Virus record (IMG/VR): IMGVR_UViG_3300028610_002494
Span: 32,001-96,000 of that record
Strand: one strand, 5' to 3'
DNA length: 64,000 nucleotides
From: a virus
Shown: positions 41,606-53,474 of the stretch, piece after piece
Layout of the letters: the number at the start of each line of letters is the position of its first letter
Position numbering within the stretch: position 1 is the first letter of the stretch
Notes under the pieces: generated by a model
What the model was told of the DNA's origin: nothing
Databases searched by the model: none
The model's input: only the letters and a program-made list of their open reading frames with translations
Program-made: the position numbers and the translations under genes

Positions 41606-41812
41606 ACAAAGTTTATAAAAATTAAAATTAAAGAGGTGAAAAAATGGAGAATGGAGATTTGAAGATACAATATAAAGTAGAACAGAGTATAGATTCTGTA
41701 TTAGATAAAAAAATAGAAATTTTATTAAGATCTCTTGGATATAAATGGACAGGCAGTGGTATTTCTGTTCATGAAAACATAAGAGATATACAATTCATTA
41801 AAGAAAATTAAA

Positions 41813-41853
41813 TTTTTTTGTAAGTGTGCCAGACTTCCTGAGCACCAAAAAAA
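41813..41853 (+). repeat. Bulged-hairpin repeat A, copy 2
   Basis: TTTTTTTG-TAAGT-GTGCCAGACTTCCTGAGCAC-CAAAAAAA. Confidence 0.9.
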
Positions 41854-42106
41854 TAAAACTAAAAGAGGTTAAAAAGATGAACTTAAAAAGAGAAATAATC
41901 TGTGAATATCTTATAATGTTTGGATGTATTATTATAATCGGACTATATATAGGTGGACTCATAACAACAGCTGATTTCTATGTTTCAAATTTCTTAGATT
42001 CAACAATAATTATGATTCTTACAATTATAATTTTTATGTTGGTATTTGAAAGACATTCACATAGTCTTAAATTATTAGCAGAAAAAGAAATAAAATAATA
42101 ATTATT

Positions 42107-42147
42107 TTTTTTTGTAAGTGTGCTGGATTTCCCAAGCACCAAAAAAA
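42107..42147 (+). repeat. Bulged-hairpin repeat A, copy 3
   Basis: TTTTTTTG-TAAGT-GTGCTGGATTTCCCAAGCAC-CAAAAAAA. Confidence 0.9.
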
Positions 42148-42479
42148 TTAAATTAAAAGAGGTTTAAAATGACTGAATGTGAAAAAAGACTTGAAATCGT
42201 GAAAAAATGTTTTACTTATATTATATTACTTGTTTGTAGTGCTTTCCTTCTAACAGGAACTATATTATTTATCATACAATGGTATTACTATATTCCAAGT
42301 GATGCTATAACAGATATAATGATTATGATAGTTATTACATGTGTTATTTATACAATGATTCCAACCATATGTTGGGTGATTTGGTATGTAAATGTATATT
42401 CCAAAATGTATATTCCTGTTAAAAAAAGCAAATATACAGAAATGAAAAAGAAAATAAAAGAAATTGAAAAATAATATAT

Positions 42480-42521
42480 TTTTTTTGTAAGTGTGTTTAG
42501 GTTTCCTGAGCACCAATAAAA
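42480..42521 (+). repeat. Bulged-hairpin repeat A, copy 4
   Basis: TTTTTTTG-TAAGT-GTGTTTAGGTTTCCTGAGCAC-CAATAAAA. Confidence 0.95.
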
Positions 42522-43158
42522 ATAAAGAAAAGAGTTGATAATAAAATATGGGAAAATTACTGGAAAGATTTATTGATTTCTTTCATTATACACCAATTAA
42601 AGACGGTATTAGACAATCCTCTAAAAATATAGAAAGGAATGAATTAAATATAGAATACACAAATAAAGAAATAAAATCAACTGAACGACAATTATTTTAC
42701 TTAAACAGTCTGAAAAACCACTTACTGGCAGAAATTGATAAACTAAATGAGTGGAAAAAAGTTCTTAGTGATAAATTAGAAGACGAAAATAAAGAAAGAA
42801 TAGTAGAAAAAAGTTTATTGTAAAAAAATTATATCCTGAATACAAAAAATATAAACAAGGTTTATAAAAATGAGTAAAAAAGAAAATAGATTTATAAAAA
42901 TGAGTAAAAAAGAAAATAAAAAAGAAAAAAAAGAAAGATTTTTTTTTAATTTAGAAAATTTAGAAATAGGAGATAATATATCAATGGAACCACTTAAAGT
43001 TGGAAGAATTTCTATTCCTATTCCAGAAGAAAATTTAGAACCACATTTTACTGAATTCGATAAAATTAAGGATGATTTTATTGATGATTTTTTATGGAAA
43101 AATTTAACAAATTCAAATAATAAAAAGGAAAAATAAATATAAACAAGGTTTATAAAAA

Positions 43159-43473
43159 ATGATATTTTTAGGGTTTATTTTAATGATACTTCAAATTTTG
43201 GATATTATTACAACAAATATAGGACTAAAAAATGGATGTAGAGAAAGAAATCCACTTATGAGAAAAATATATAAAACAAAAGTTCCACTTGGGATGATAA
43301 TAATATTACAATTAAGTATGAGTATTTTACTTATTTGGGTTTTATCACTTAATTTTATAATAATAGCTTGGATTGTTTTTGGTCTTAATATTTTTCTGGT
43401 TGTTATAGTATCGTTAAATTTAATAAGTATTTATATTCAAAAAAAATATAATAAAAATGAGTGGTTGAAATGA
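43159..43473 (+). CDS. DUF5658-like membrane protein
   Basis: LDIITT.IGL..G..E.NPLM plus TM helices. Confidence 0.65.
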   Translation: MIFLGFILMILQILDIITTNIGLKNGCRERNPLMRKIYKTKVPLGMIIILQLSMSILLIWVLSLNFIIIAWIVFGLNIFLVVIVSLNLISIYIQKKYNKNEWLK

Positions 43474-46205
43474 GTTGGCAGGAATTTAATGATATATTAT
43501 TTGAGAAATTAAAAATCGAGAATCTTAAACCTGAATGGGTTGAGAATGGTTGTATAAAAATAAAAGACAAATATATATCTGTGATTATTAGAGTGTTAGA
43601 AGGTTATTTTGACAAGAAAGTAAATGGATTAATGATTGTTTGGGGATATGATAAAACATATAGGGAAATTGAACTTATAAATTTTACAATAGATGAATTA
43701 ATAGAAAAAATAAAATTAATGATATTATGGTGAATGATTATAAAAATGGATGGAAATTAAAAATGAATGATTTGATTTTTGTTGGATTAGTATTTGGTCT
43801 TGTTGGTTGGTTATTACATTTTATATTTATTATGACAGCTATGTTTAGCAAGATAAAATGGTTTATTTGGGTTGATTATAATAAATATCATGAAGGATAC
43901 TTGGAAGTCATTTTAATCTCAATGGTTATAGGACTTTATATAATAATTATAATTTTAGAATTTTAAGAGGATAATAATGAAATTAAACAAAACAGATTTT
44001 AACACATTGGATAAACTACTGAACAAAATAGGATTTGGTTCTTATTATGATCTGATTCAAATGCTAAAAGATACAGCATATAATATTCAACCAAAACTAC
44101 AAGATAAATTAGAAAAAGAAACAGATTTATTAAAAATAGTTAATTTGATTAGTAGATTATCACGTATTCTAAATAAAGAAAATAAAAAAAGTTATTTAAC
44201 ATGTTGTTGTGGTGGAATAGATTTTAAATTATTGAGAGAAATGTTAGTTTTAGATGACATAACTTCAGTGTGGAAATGCTTAAAATGTGGAAAAATAATA
44301 GAGGTTTAAAATGTTGGAAGAATTGCTTAAACGTATAAATAAATTACGTACTGAGTTATTTTTAGATGTTGACTTAAAAAGATATGAATATTCGAACGAT
44401 GAACAAAGAGCAGAATTAAGAGAAAAATATAGATTATTAAAGGACACAAATTGTTCACGTTGTGGTAAGAATTCAAGATTATTGAAAGTATTCTATGAAC
44501 ATTATAAAAAATACAAATTATTTATGTTTATTTATTATAATATACCAAGAGAAATTGATATAAATCGTCTTAGATTATTGAGAGAATGTTAAAATGAGTA
44601 AAAAAGAAAATAAAAAGAAAGAACTAAAAAAATATTTTGATAAATGGAAAAATGAAGTAATAAATAATCCAAATTATGATGAACCAACCAAAAAATTTCT
44701 GCTCAGTTGTAAAAAAGATCTATATAGTTTGAATAAAAAAGCACTTAAAAATGGAATAACAATAGAAGAAATTGAAAAAATTGAAAGATATGCAAGTTAT
44801 TTTTATTCTAAAACTTATGACAATTATCTTATAAGAGAATATAATGGTTTTGTTGCAGCAGGTATTTTTAAAATTCCTGCAGATCATAAAACTAAAGAAG
44901 TTAATCCAATTTTTATTTATGCTTGTGGTCATAATAAAGAATGGGATGATATTGAAGAACAAATTAATGTAGAACTAACTTTAGGAGAAGCAGAAGATTT
45001 AGTTAAATGTATTAATATATGTATAAAAATATTTAAAGAAAAAGAAAAAAATAAAAATGAGTAAAAAAGAACAACATATAGGAATTACTGAAGAAGATAT
45101 AGAATTCTACAAGAAGTATCATCAATCTCGTATTGATTCTGAAAAAAATGAAGAAAATATAATAGATGGAGAAGAATGTCCATATTGTAATGAACCAATA
45201 GATCCAATAGATATTATGGGAGACTCAGATTGGGATGACCAACAATATAATTGGTATGAAGCTGAATGTGGTAAATGTGGCAAACAATACAAGATTAGAC
45301 AATATGATGTAGAAACAATAAGAAGTTTTGAAACTAAAAAAGATGATTAAAAATGATTCATAAACCACAATCAATCAAAGAAATATTAGGAAGAATAGAA
45401 GTCATGGCTAAATTATATGAAGCTTGGAATGTTCTAACTCTATTATATATTAAAACATTAAAAATTGGTAAAGATGATTGGGGAATGGACAGAAATAGAG
45501 AAATGTTAATATTTAGAGCTAAAGAATTCATACCAAAAATAAGAAATTTAATAGAACAAGTCATAGAATTATTTAAAAAAGATATAAAAGAAATGGTATA
45601 AAAATGAGAAAACTAAAAACAATACAAGAACCTGAAAAGAAATGTTATTATTGTTATTTCTTTCCATTTGATCAAGAATTTTCAACTGAAATGATTAAAC
45701 GATGTGCAGAAAATTGGCTAAAAGCTGAAGACTGTCCTAATTGGAAACCATATAATGTATATTCATATATGAAAAACCGAAGGAAATTCAAAAAAGTTAA
45801 AATGATAAAAGGTTGAAAATATGATTGAAATTATAGATAAAATTAATTATACCTGTAAAACAGTTGAAGATGATATTGATATGGTTATACATCCATTAAA
45901 TAAAGAAACCACCTTTCTAAAAGATGTTGAATTAGAAGGACACCAAATTATAGGTGTAATATTTAAATAAAAATAAAAAAAGAGGTTAAAAAATATGAAC
46001 CTAAAAAATTGGTTGAAGAAACACTACAAATCCTTAATATGTTTGATAATTAATAGTGTTATACTATTAATTACTATAATATTAGCAAATCTTGTTTTTG
46101 CATATATTGTATTTGGAATATTTCTAATTATTACTATATATTTTTTGATTAGTGTTATAATCCTTGAATACCAAATAAAAAAATCAAATAAGGAAATTGT
46201 TGAAA

Positions 46206-46457
46206 ATGAGTAAAAAAGAAACAATTAACCATCCAAAACATTATAACATAGGAATATTTGAAGTTATAGATATTATTGAAGACTGGGATCTTGGATTCCA
46301 CCTTGGAAATGCTGTAAAATACATTGCCAGAGCTAAACATAAAGATAATGAAGAAGAAGATATAAAGAAAGCTATATGGTATTTGAAAAGATACTTAAAA
46401 AGAGAAAAATATAAAAAAATAAGAAAACTAATTAAAGAGGATTTAGATAATGTCTAA
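46206..46457 (+). CDS. DUF3310-like phage protein
   Basis: INHPKHYN...FHLGNAVKYIAR...EDIKKAIWYL. Confidence 0.9.
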   Translation: MSKKETINHPKHYNIGIFEVIDIIEDWDLGFHLGNAVKYIARAKHKDNEEEDIKKAIWYLKRYLKREKYKKIRKLIKEDLDNV

Positions 46458-46660
46458 AAAAGAAATACAAAATTTATCAAATCAAATTGACAAGCTTTCA
46501 CCAATGGAATTTTCTAAGTTATGCCTAAAGGTTATTAAAAAAATAATGAGAAGGCAAAATAGTGAAACAATTGAAAATTCAACTGAAAAAAATGATAAAA
46601 GGGTTTTAATTGACCTAATGATTAAAAATGATATAAAAATAGATGAAAAAGAGGAAAAAA

Positions 46661-47380
46661 TTGATTCTTAAATTGTCAAAACAGTTTATTGAGGAAATTA
46701 CTCCATTTGAAACAATTTATTGTCAACAATCAGGTGGAATTCATTCTTCTGCTATTGCATATTTATTAAAAGATTATGGTTTTAAAAATGTTTCACTCAT
46801 TCATAACTTAACATATTTAGAATATCCAGAATGTTTGAATCTAATTCAAAGAATTATTTATGATACAGATTATTCTTATAATTTGATATATCCTAATCTT
46901 AAAGGAAAGAGAATGTCTGAAATTATGAAAGAATCATTTTTAGCAATACCAAAAATAAAAAAAGGACTAAAAGATGGAACAATTAAATCAGGAAACGTCC
47001 GAGACCATATAACTTGTTGTAAATTCCTTAAAAAGACTTCAAGTAGAATATGGTACACTAAAAACATTAATAAAGAGACCAGTGTTGTTATTATGGCAAT
47101 AACACCATATGAAAGTAAGAATAGAAAGAGACATCTTACTGAATTAAGAAGAAAAAGGACTTATCTTAGACTACACAAAAAACACGGAAATGTATGGCAT
47201 GCATATCCATTTAGAGATATTTATAGTGGATATCATTTTTATAAATATTTAATGAGTAAAAATGTAGTTCCAATACATAGTAGTTGTCAAATCTGTCCTA
47301 TGAGAATAATTTTTAATATGACTTATCCAGATGATAAGACACTTTTGTATTACAGAAAACTAAAATCAGCTGGAGATTGA
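46661..47380 (+). CDS. PAPS reductase-like (PP-loop) protein
   Basis: SGGIHSS, CCKFLKK, ES..R, SSCQICP. Confidence 0.7.
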   Translation: MILKLSKQFIEEITPFETIYCQQSGGIHSSAIAYLLKDYGFKNVSLIHNLTYLEYPECLNLIQRIIYDTDYSYNLIYPNLKGKRMSEIMKESFLAIPKIKKGLKDGTIKSGNVRDHITCCKFLKKTSSRIWYTKNINKETSVVIMAITPYESKNRKRHLTELRRKRTYLRLHKKHGNVWHAYPFRDIYSGYHFYKYLMSKNVVPIHSSCQICPMRIIFNMTYPDDKTLLYYRKLKSAGD

Positions 47381-47597
47381 AATTAAATCAAAAAACTTAC
47401 CTGAAGAATGAAAAAATGTGAAAAATAATGGAAGGCATAAGAAAACCAAGAATAAATAATAAATTAAGGGATGTAATGATAACACTTAATAAACTTAATA
47501 AAGAAGGAACAATTAATAGTTTAAGTGTAATTCCAAGTGGTATAAATGCTTGTGCTAATTATGATTATATTTCGTTTAAAATACCAAAAAATAATAT

Positions 47598-47627
47598 ATA
47601 AACCTTGTTTATATAAACCTTGTTTAT
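47598..47627 (-). repeat. Palindromic motif B, tandem x2 (inverted orientation)
   Basis: ATAAACCTTGTTTAT twice. Confidence 0.9.
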
Positions 47628-48022
47628 ACAATCCTATTATAATAAAAATATTTATATTTAAAAGTAGTTATTAAATAATTAAGGAAAAATAGTTAAATTA
47701 AAATATAAATAGAGTTGAAAAAATGTTTGCAATAGAACATGAAACAGATTGGATAGAAGGAGAATGTATTTCTATAAGTTTAAAAGAAGAAGAAACATTT
47801 CTTGGTAATCATAATGAAGATTTTAAATGGATCGCAGAAAAAACACTTCATTATGGTGGTGATACTATTGATAAAACATATTATAGAATCACAAAGAATG
47901 GAATATATATTAAGTTCTTCAGAAAAGAAGATGAAGGAATATATGGTATCCATTTTGTTCCACACGATAATATAATATTATTTGAAGTATATGAAAAAAA
48001 GAATAACTAAAAAAATGATAAA

Positions 48023-48919
48023 ATGTCAAAAAACACATTTAAAAACACATTTAAAAATAGGAAAAAGATAAGAAATCTTCAACAAAATAAAAGAAAACCT
48101 AAGAAATTAGTTTTTAATCCTAAAAAATATAAATTCAAGTGTTTACAATGTGGAAATTGTTGTAGTACACTTTTAGATAATGCAATGATTAGTCCTATTC
48201 CATCTTTCAATCATAAAGGAATTTTTGTAAAAAAACCAAAAAATGGAGTTATTATATTTCAGTTTGAGATTGATAAAATAAAACGAAATCTTACTCAAGA
48301 ACAATTATCAAAAATTAATTATGGAACTACTATTTTTTTGAAAGATTATCCTGTTGGGTTTGTTGCTACATATCAAATAGAATACAACAAATATGGTCAT
48401 TGTAGTTTTTTTGATTTCAGGACAAAAAAATGTAATATCTACAATTTTCGACCTTTTTCATGCAGACTACATCCTCTTTTTTATTCAGGTAATTTTACGT
48501 TTACTATGGGTGGTGGCGACTTAAGTAGATGCAAATCAATTCAATCAGAAATTGCACACCAAAATTCTATAAATATTGAAAATATAGATATAACCCATTT
48601 TGAGTTTTCAGATAATGAATTAATACATTCCTTTCCTTCTTTTACACAAGAAAAATTAAAGATAGTACAAATAGACTTAGTTGGACATATATTTTTAGAT
48701 TATTTTTTTGATATTATTATATTAGATCCAATCCAATTAACTCCAAATAGAATAGAAATATATAAACTTTTAGATTTTAAAAATTTTACAAAATGGTTTA
48801 AAATTAATATAAAAAATAAAAAATTATTAGAAAGATTAAATAAATACCAAGAAGAATTAAATGATTTCAACCAAACAGGAGATATATTTAATAAAAAATA
48901 TTTAAAAATAATTAAATAA
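48023..48919 (+). CDS. YkgJ-family cysteine-cluster protein
   Basis: CLQCGNCC...CSFF...CNIYNFRPFSCRLHP. Confidence 0.85.
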   Translation: MSKNTFKNTFKNRKKIRNLQQNKRKPKKLVFNPKKYKFKCLQCGNCCSTLLDNAMISPIPSFNHKGIFVKKPKNGVIIFQFEIDKIKRNLTQEQLSKINYGTTIFLKDYPVGFVATYQIEYNKYGHCSFFDFRTKKCNIYNFRPFSCRLHPLFYSGNFTFTMGGGDLSRCKSIQSEIAHQNSINIENIDITHFEFSDNELIHSFPSFTQEKLKIVQIDLVGHIFLDYFFDIIILDPIQLTPNRIEIYKLLDFKNFTKWFKINIKNKKLLERLNKYQEELNDFNQTGDIFNKKYLKIIK

Positions 48920-48930
48920 AAGGTATAAAA

Positions 48931-50724
48931 ATGAGTAAAAGATTAAGAAAATATATAATAACATCTAAAGAAGAAGAAAAATTAATAAAAAGGGCACTGA
49001 AAAAAAGAGAAGAAAAAATAATTGATTATTATTCACAACAAAAAGAAAATGAAGATTTAAACGAAATAGAAGATGATATTTTAGCTTATTTTGATGTTGA
49101 TGATGAATGGTATCATTGTAAAGGATATAATTATTATGGTGAAACAGAAGGATTATTCTTGAATTCTTGGAAATTATTAGTTGATAGTTATTTAAAATCT
49201 GATTTAATAGAAGATTTTCTTTATATCCTTGAAGATCTTTCAGTTGGTATAATTTGTGGATGGACTAAAGAAACAAAAAAATTTGATGAAATAATAAAAA
49301 AAATAAACAAGTATTCTATAGAAGTTCATAATATTGATATTAATGAATGTTTAGAAGAAATTGGTAAAACAAAAAGAAAACAATATAAAATAGATAAAAA
49401 GAACTATGATGAAAGAAAAGAAGAACAAAGAAAACATGAAGAAAAAATACTAAAAGAATCAGAAATTGATTTTAGTAAGTTTGATAAAAAAGACTTTGAA
49501 TTGTGGAACAAAATAAAAAAAAGATTACATCCTTCTAATTATTTAAGACTAAATGAAGAAGTTTATAGAAAAAAAACCAATAAAGAAATACAGGAAATAT
49601 TTAACATAATCAAAGAAAATGAATTAAAAAATGACAATAAATCAAAAGAACAAGTTTTAAAAGAAAAAAATTATTGGAAATTAGATGTATATGATTTAGA
49701 AAGATATAATGGGATTTCTTTACAACAATTAACTAAAATTGAGATTAGTTTTTTAACATTTAATGGAATTATATTATGGAAAGATGTATTATTATTCTTA
49801 AAAGATGAAATTGATGCATCGGATGGATTTCTTGACGATGAATTTCATACAGGTGGTTATTCTTATTCTCATGTTGGTCAAGAAGGTAATGAATTACAAG
49901 AATTAACATCAATTGGTGTAATTAAACCAAGTCTTGATTATGATTGTAATTTAGGAAATAAACACTATACACATGGATGCAAACATATGTATTATTTTCA
50001 TTTAACAATAGAAGGAAAAAGATTTATTGATTTTATGAATTGGCATAATGAACACTATACTTCAGAAGAAATAAATATCATAAAAAATGAATCATTAAAT
50101 TATTTTTATTATGATCCTGAATTTAAAGAGATATATCAAGAATATCTACAATTAAGAAAAAAAGAAGAATATAAAATTGAAGAAAATGAAGAAATATTAC
50201 AAATAAGTAAAATAAAAAAATTAGGTTATTCTAAAAGTTATCCTAAAGAAAAAATCTATAAATCTGATAACTGGAAAATAAGATCAGAAGAAATTAGAAA
50301 AAGAGATTCACAAATAGACTTATTAAGGTTATTTGATGATGGTATTATAACAAAAAGTGAACCTATTCACCATATATTTCCTATAAAGTTTTTTCCTGAA
50401 ATAGCTTTAGAACCATATAATTTAATAGCATTAGATATATCTCATCATAAAAGTATTTATAAGGATTACAGAAATCCTTTAGATTTATTTAAAAGAATGA
50501 TTGAAATACATAAAATTTGGAGAAATCATAAGAAAAAATATGGGGAAAAAATATTAATGAAAATAATTTCTATTATTTCAAGACAGTATGAAATAACAAC
50601 CAACCTTGAAAAAATAAAAACTAAAAAGAAAAATTATACAAAAGAATTAGGAACACTAACAAAAAAGATTGATGTTCTTGAAAAAAAAACAATAAATAAT
50701 ATTAAGAAAATCTTACCTATATAA
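48931..50724 (+). CDS. Large protein with C-terminal HNH-like nuclease domain
   Basis: YKSDNWK.R..I..RD...IHHIFP...NLIAL...HH. Confidence 0.65.
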   Translation: MSKRLRKYIITSKEEEKLIKRALKKREEKIIDYYSQQKENEDLNEIEDDILAYFDVDDEWYHCKGYNYYGETEGLFLNSWKLLVDSYLKSDLIEDFLYILEDLSVGIICGWTKETKKFDEIIKKINKYSIEVHNIDINECLEEIGKTKRKQYKIDKKNYDERKEEQRKHEEKILKESEIDFSKFDKKDFELWNKIKKRLHPSNYLRLNEEVYRKKTNKEIQEIFNIIKENELKNDNKSKEQVLKEKNYWKLDVYDLERYNGISLQQLTKIEISFLTFNGIILWKDVLLFLKDEIDASDGFLDDEFHTGGYSYSHVGQEGNELQELTSIGVIKPSLDYDCNLGNKHYTHGCKHMYYFHLTIEGKRFIDFMNWHNEHYTSEEINIIKNESLNYFYYDPEFKEIYQEYLQLRKKEEYKIEENEEILQISKIKKLGYSKSYPKEKIYKSDNWKIRSEEIRKRDSQIDLLRLFDDGIITKSEPIHHIFPIKFFPEIALEPYNLIALDISHHKSIYKDYRNPLDLFKRMIEIHKIWRNHKKKYGEKILMKIISIISRQYEITTNLEKIKTKKKNYTKELGTLTKKIDVLEKKTINNIKKILPI

Positions 50725-50750
50725 ACCTTGTTTATATAAACTCTGTTTAT
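50721..50750 (-). repeat. Palindromic motif B, tandem with one variant
   Basis: ATAAACCTTGTTTAT followed by ATAAACTCTGTTTAT. Confidence 0.85.
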
Positions 50751-50790
50751 AATTATCCTTTTAAACCCATAAGATAATATATATTTATCT

Positions 50791-52869
50791 ATGTCTATTT
50801 TTAGTCAACTTAAAAAAATTAATCCACTTAAATTGGATGAATATTTAGAAGACTCTTGGTTGTTGAGTTATGAAGAAGGAATTAATTTAACTCATTATTA
50901 TGTCAAAAAACTCATTAAAAACATCCATGTTGATTCCCATTTAAAATTAAGATGGTTGATACTTAACGATAAATATAAAAAAGCTTTTTTTAGTTCTACA
51001 AGAATCCATTTATTCCGAACCCATACAGGTTCAGGGAAAACTGTCACAAGTGTGATGTGGGTTAAATTTTTGACACAATTAAGTTCCAAAATTGAAGGAT
51101 TTGTGGTGCTTTCTGCTGAATATGATCATGGCACTACTGAGATAGAAAAAATTATAATAAAACACGGAAATCAGGTTGATTATATTAGGTTTGAAGGAAA
51201 AAATAGGTTATGTACTCAACGACATATCAAAATAAACAAAAAAGGAACAACAATTGAGACTTTAATGAAAAATGGAATCTCAATCAAGAGATATTGTGAA
51301 AATGATTGTCCAGAATTAAAAACCTGTATATATAAATGTAATTGTGCTCAAGTTATAGCACCAATAGAAAAAGGTGGTATTAAGAATTGGATTGGAGTCC
51401 AACACCAAATTGGTCATTTCTTACCAATTTTTATGTATCATGTTGGAAATATTTTCCTTGTTATAGACGAGAATTTTTCAGACGCAATTAAGGAACACCA
51501 CAAATATGGAGTACCAATACTAAAAGAAAATATTAAGTTTTTAAATATGATATTAAAAAATATAAATCCAATAGTTGAAGAGAATTATTGGTATTTTGTG
51601 AATGAATTTAAAAAGCTTTTAACTAATTTTAAACAATATTTATTTAAACACTTAACAGAACTTGATTATGAATTAATTGGAGATATTTTAGACAATATAG
51701 ACGATTCTAAAGGAATAGATAATCTTTATACTGATAAACTAAATGAACAAGCATTTGATTATGTAAAAAATGGTAAAATTAAACCATTTAAATTCATTTT
51801 TGGAGAAATCTGTAATTTCATAGATAACTATGAGGAATTATTAAACTCTAATTATGATGATATTAATAACTGGATGAGAGCGAGTTTCTATAAAAAACAA
51901 GATAAGTATGAGATAACATTTTTGTACTATGATAAATATAAACTGGATGCTTTGTTTAACAGAGATAATTTAACCAAATTGATAATTAATGATGCCACTG
52001 CTAATAAGATTGAATTAAGCTATTTAATTGGTGATAAAGAACCAGTAATTGAACACAATGAAAATTGGATGTATGAGAATTGTGAGTTTCATCAACTTAA
52101 TAAAAGAGTTAATGTACAAAAAATTAATGCCAAAAATAATAGAGAATATAAGAAATTTGCTCATTACCCTAAAACATCATTTATGTTTGAAAAGACTTTT
52201 TTTTATTTGATTGGAGATCTAAAAGTAATCTTAGAGCGACACAAGGATGAACCTGTGCTTGTTGTGGCAAGAGAAATAGAAGGAAAAGATCTCAAATTCA
52301 ATGGTGGAATAAAACTTTCTGATTATATTCAAACTTTAGGATATAATAATGTTATTTTTGAGGATTATCCACTCAAAGCAACTAATGAATATTCTGATAT
52401 TAATGTAGTGGTATTATTAGGTAAACCAGAATTGCCAACAGCAGTAATTAAAAGACAATCCACTTTAATAGGTATGGAACATAATGAATATAGAGAAATG
52501 TACTCTAAGACTAATATGGTTCAAGCAATAGGACGTATTATGCGTGGAAATGAACTAAAATATGTTTATATTCTTACTGGGTTTGATTTGAAGTTGAATA
52601 GACCAGTAAAAAGCTATAAAAGTCATACAGATTTGAGAAATAGTCTTTTGGCTGAGATTAAAGCTATTAAAATAAAAAAAATTGAGATCTTTAGATATAA
52701 TATAATATCAACCTATATAAAAAAACACAAATATATCACAATAAAAAAATGTGAAGAACTGTTTAAGATATCAAACTATAAAGCAAGTATAATCCTTAAA
52801 AATTTTGAAAAGCAAGGAAAACTTAAATCCAAGAAAATTGAGAGAGGAAGGTTTGTTTTCACATTTTAG
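50791..52869 (+). CDS. SF2 helicase-like protein with Cys cluster and C-terminal wHTH (candidate origin-binding/initiator)
   Basis: TGSGKT, VIDE, DATA, QAIGRIMRG; C...C...C...C.YKC; C-terminal HTH-wing. Confidence 0.7.
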   Translation: MSIFSQLKKINPLKLDEYLEDSWLLSYEEGINLTHYYVKKLIKNIHVDSHLKLRWLILNDKYKKAFFSSTRIHLFRTHTGSGKTVTSVMWVKFLTQLSSKIEGFVVLSAEYDHGTTEIEKIIIKHGNQVDYIRFEGKNRLCTQRHIKINKKGTTIETLMKNGISIKRYCENDCPELKTCIYKCNCAQVIAPIEKGGIKNWIGVQHQIGHFLPIFMYHVGNIFLVIDENFSDAIKEHHKYGVPILKENIKFLNMILKNINPIVEENYWYFVNEFKKLLTNFKQYLFKHLTELDYELIGDILDNIDDSKGIDNLYTDKLNEQAFDYVKNGKIKPFKFIFGEICNFIDNYEELLNSNYDDINNWMRASFYKKQDKYEITFLYYDKYKLDALFNRDNLTKLIINDATANKIELSYLIGDKEPVIEHNENWMYENCEFHQLNKRVNVQKINAKNNREYKKFAHYPKTSFMFEKTFFYLIGDLKVILERHKDEPVLVVAREIEGKDLKFNGGIKLSDYIQTLGYNNVIFEDYPLKATNEYSDINVVVLLGKPELPTAVIKRQSTLIGMEHNEYREMYSKTNMVQAIGRIMRGNELKYVYILTGFDLKLNRPVKSYKSHTDLRNSLLAEIKAIKIKKIEIFRYNIISTYIKKHKYITIKKCEELFKISNYKASIILKNFEKQGKLKSKKIERGRFVFTF

Positions 52870-52902
52870 AAAAAATTAAATTATATTTTAATACTTCCAA
52901 CC

Positions 52903-53008
52903 TCTAAAACCCAGTTTTAAATTTTTTCTCCTCTCTATAAAATTATTATATTCTTTTCTCTTTACTATTTTGTAGAGAGAACAACTTCTTTTAAAACTGG
53001 GTTTTAGA
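52903..53008. repeat. Nested inverted repeats (19-bp perfect outer, 13-bp inner); candidate origin
   Basis: TCTAAAACCCAGTTTTAAA/TTTAAAACTGGGTTTTAGA; CTCTCTATAAAAT/ATTTTGTAGAGAG. Confidence 0.85.
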
Positions 53009-53384
53009 AACTTCTATTCATATCAAGTGATACCCAAAAAATCAAAAAAATTATTTTTTCCATTATCTGGTGTACATTTAGTATTTTATTTATATTGTTC
53101 TGGTATCTTGTTTCATAATTTAAGTGTTCTAATTGTGTAAACAAAACTAAACAAGGTTTAATTTTTTTAAAAAAAATAATTATTTTTTATGATTATTTTT
53201 TGATAGAAAACCATAGTAGAAGATTTAAGTACATAATAGAACATATAAACATTGCAGACACAATAATTTTTCAAAAGTTGGTGTAAAGCTTGTAAAAAAA
53301 AATGTATGTAAAAAATTAAGAAAAACGACATTTTAAACGATTTTTTATTTTTTTTAGAATATTTATATTTTTAAAGAAATGCAT

Positions 53385-53428
53385 TTCACAAAAGTATATA
53401 TGTATAAATAGTCTTTATAGAATTAAGG
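53385..53428 (+). promoter_or_regulatory. Conserved promoter (motif C)
   Basis: CACAAAAGTATATATGTATAAATAGTCTTTATAGAATTAAG. Confidence 0.65.
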
Positions 53429-53474
53429 AAAAAAAATTTAAAAAATAACCTAAAAAACTAAGGAGTTGGTTTAA

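Noticed and set aside
41813-42521. Repeat A as a CRISPR array
   Set aside because: Spacing is hundreds of bp and contains whole ORFs; there is no cas operon (the Cas4-like gene is a usual viral replication neighbour). A solitary-repeat mimic is not excluded without the host repeat sequence.
8472-50718. TTACCTGAA-like word near several motif-B sites (8477, about 26355, 47397, 50713)
   Set aside because: Short, variable spacing, and also a common Leu-Pro-Glu codon string; not distinguishable from chance by eye.
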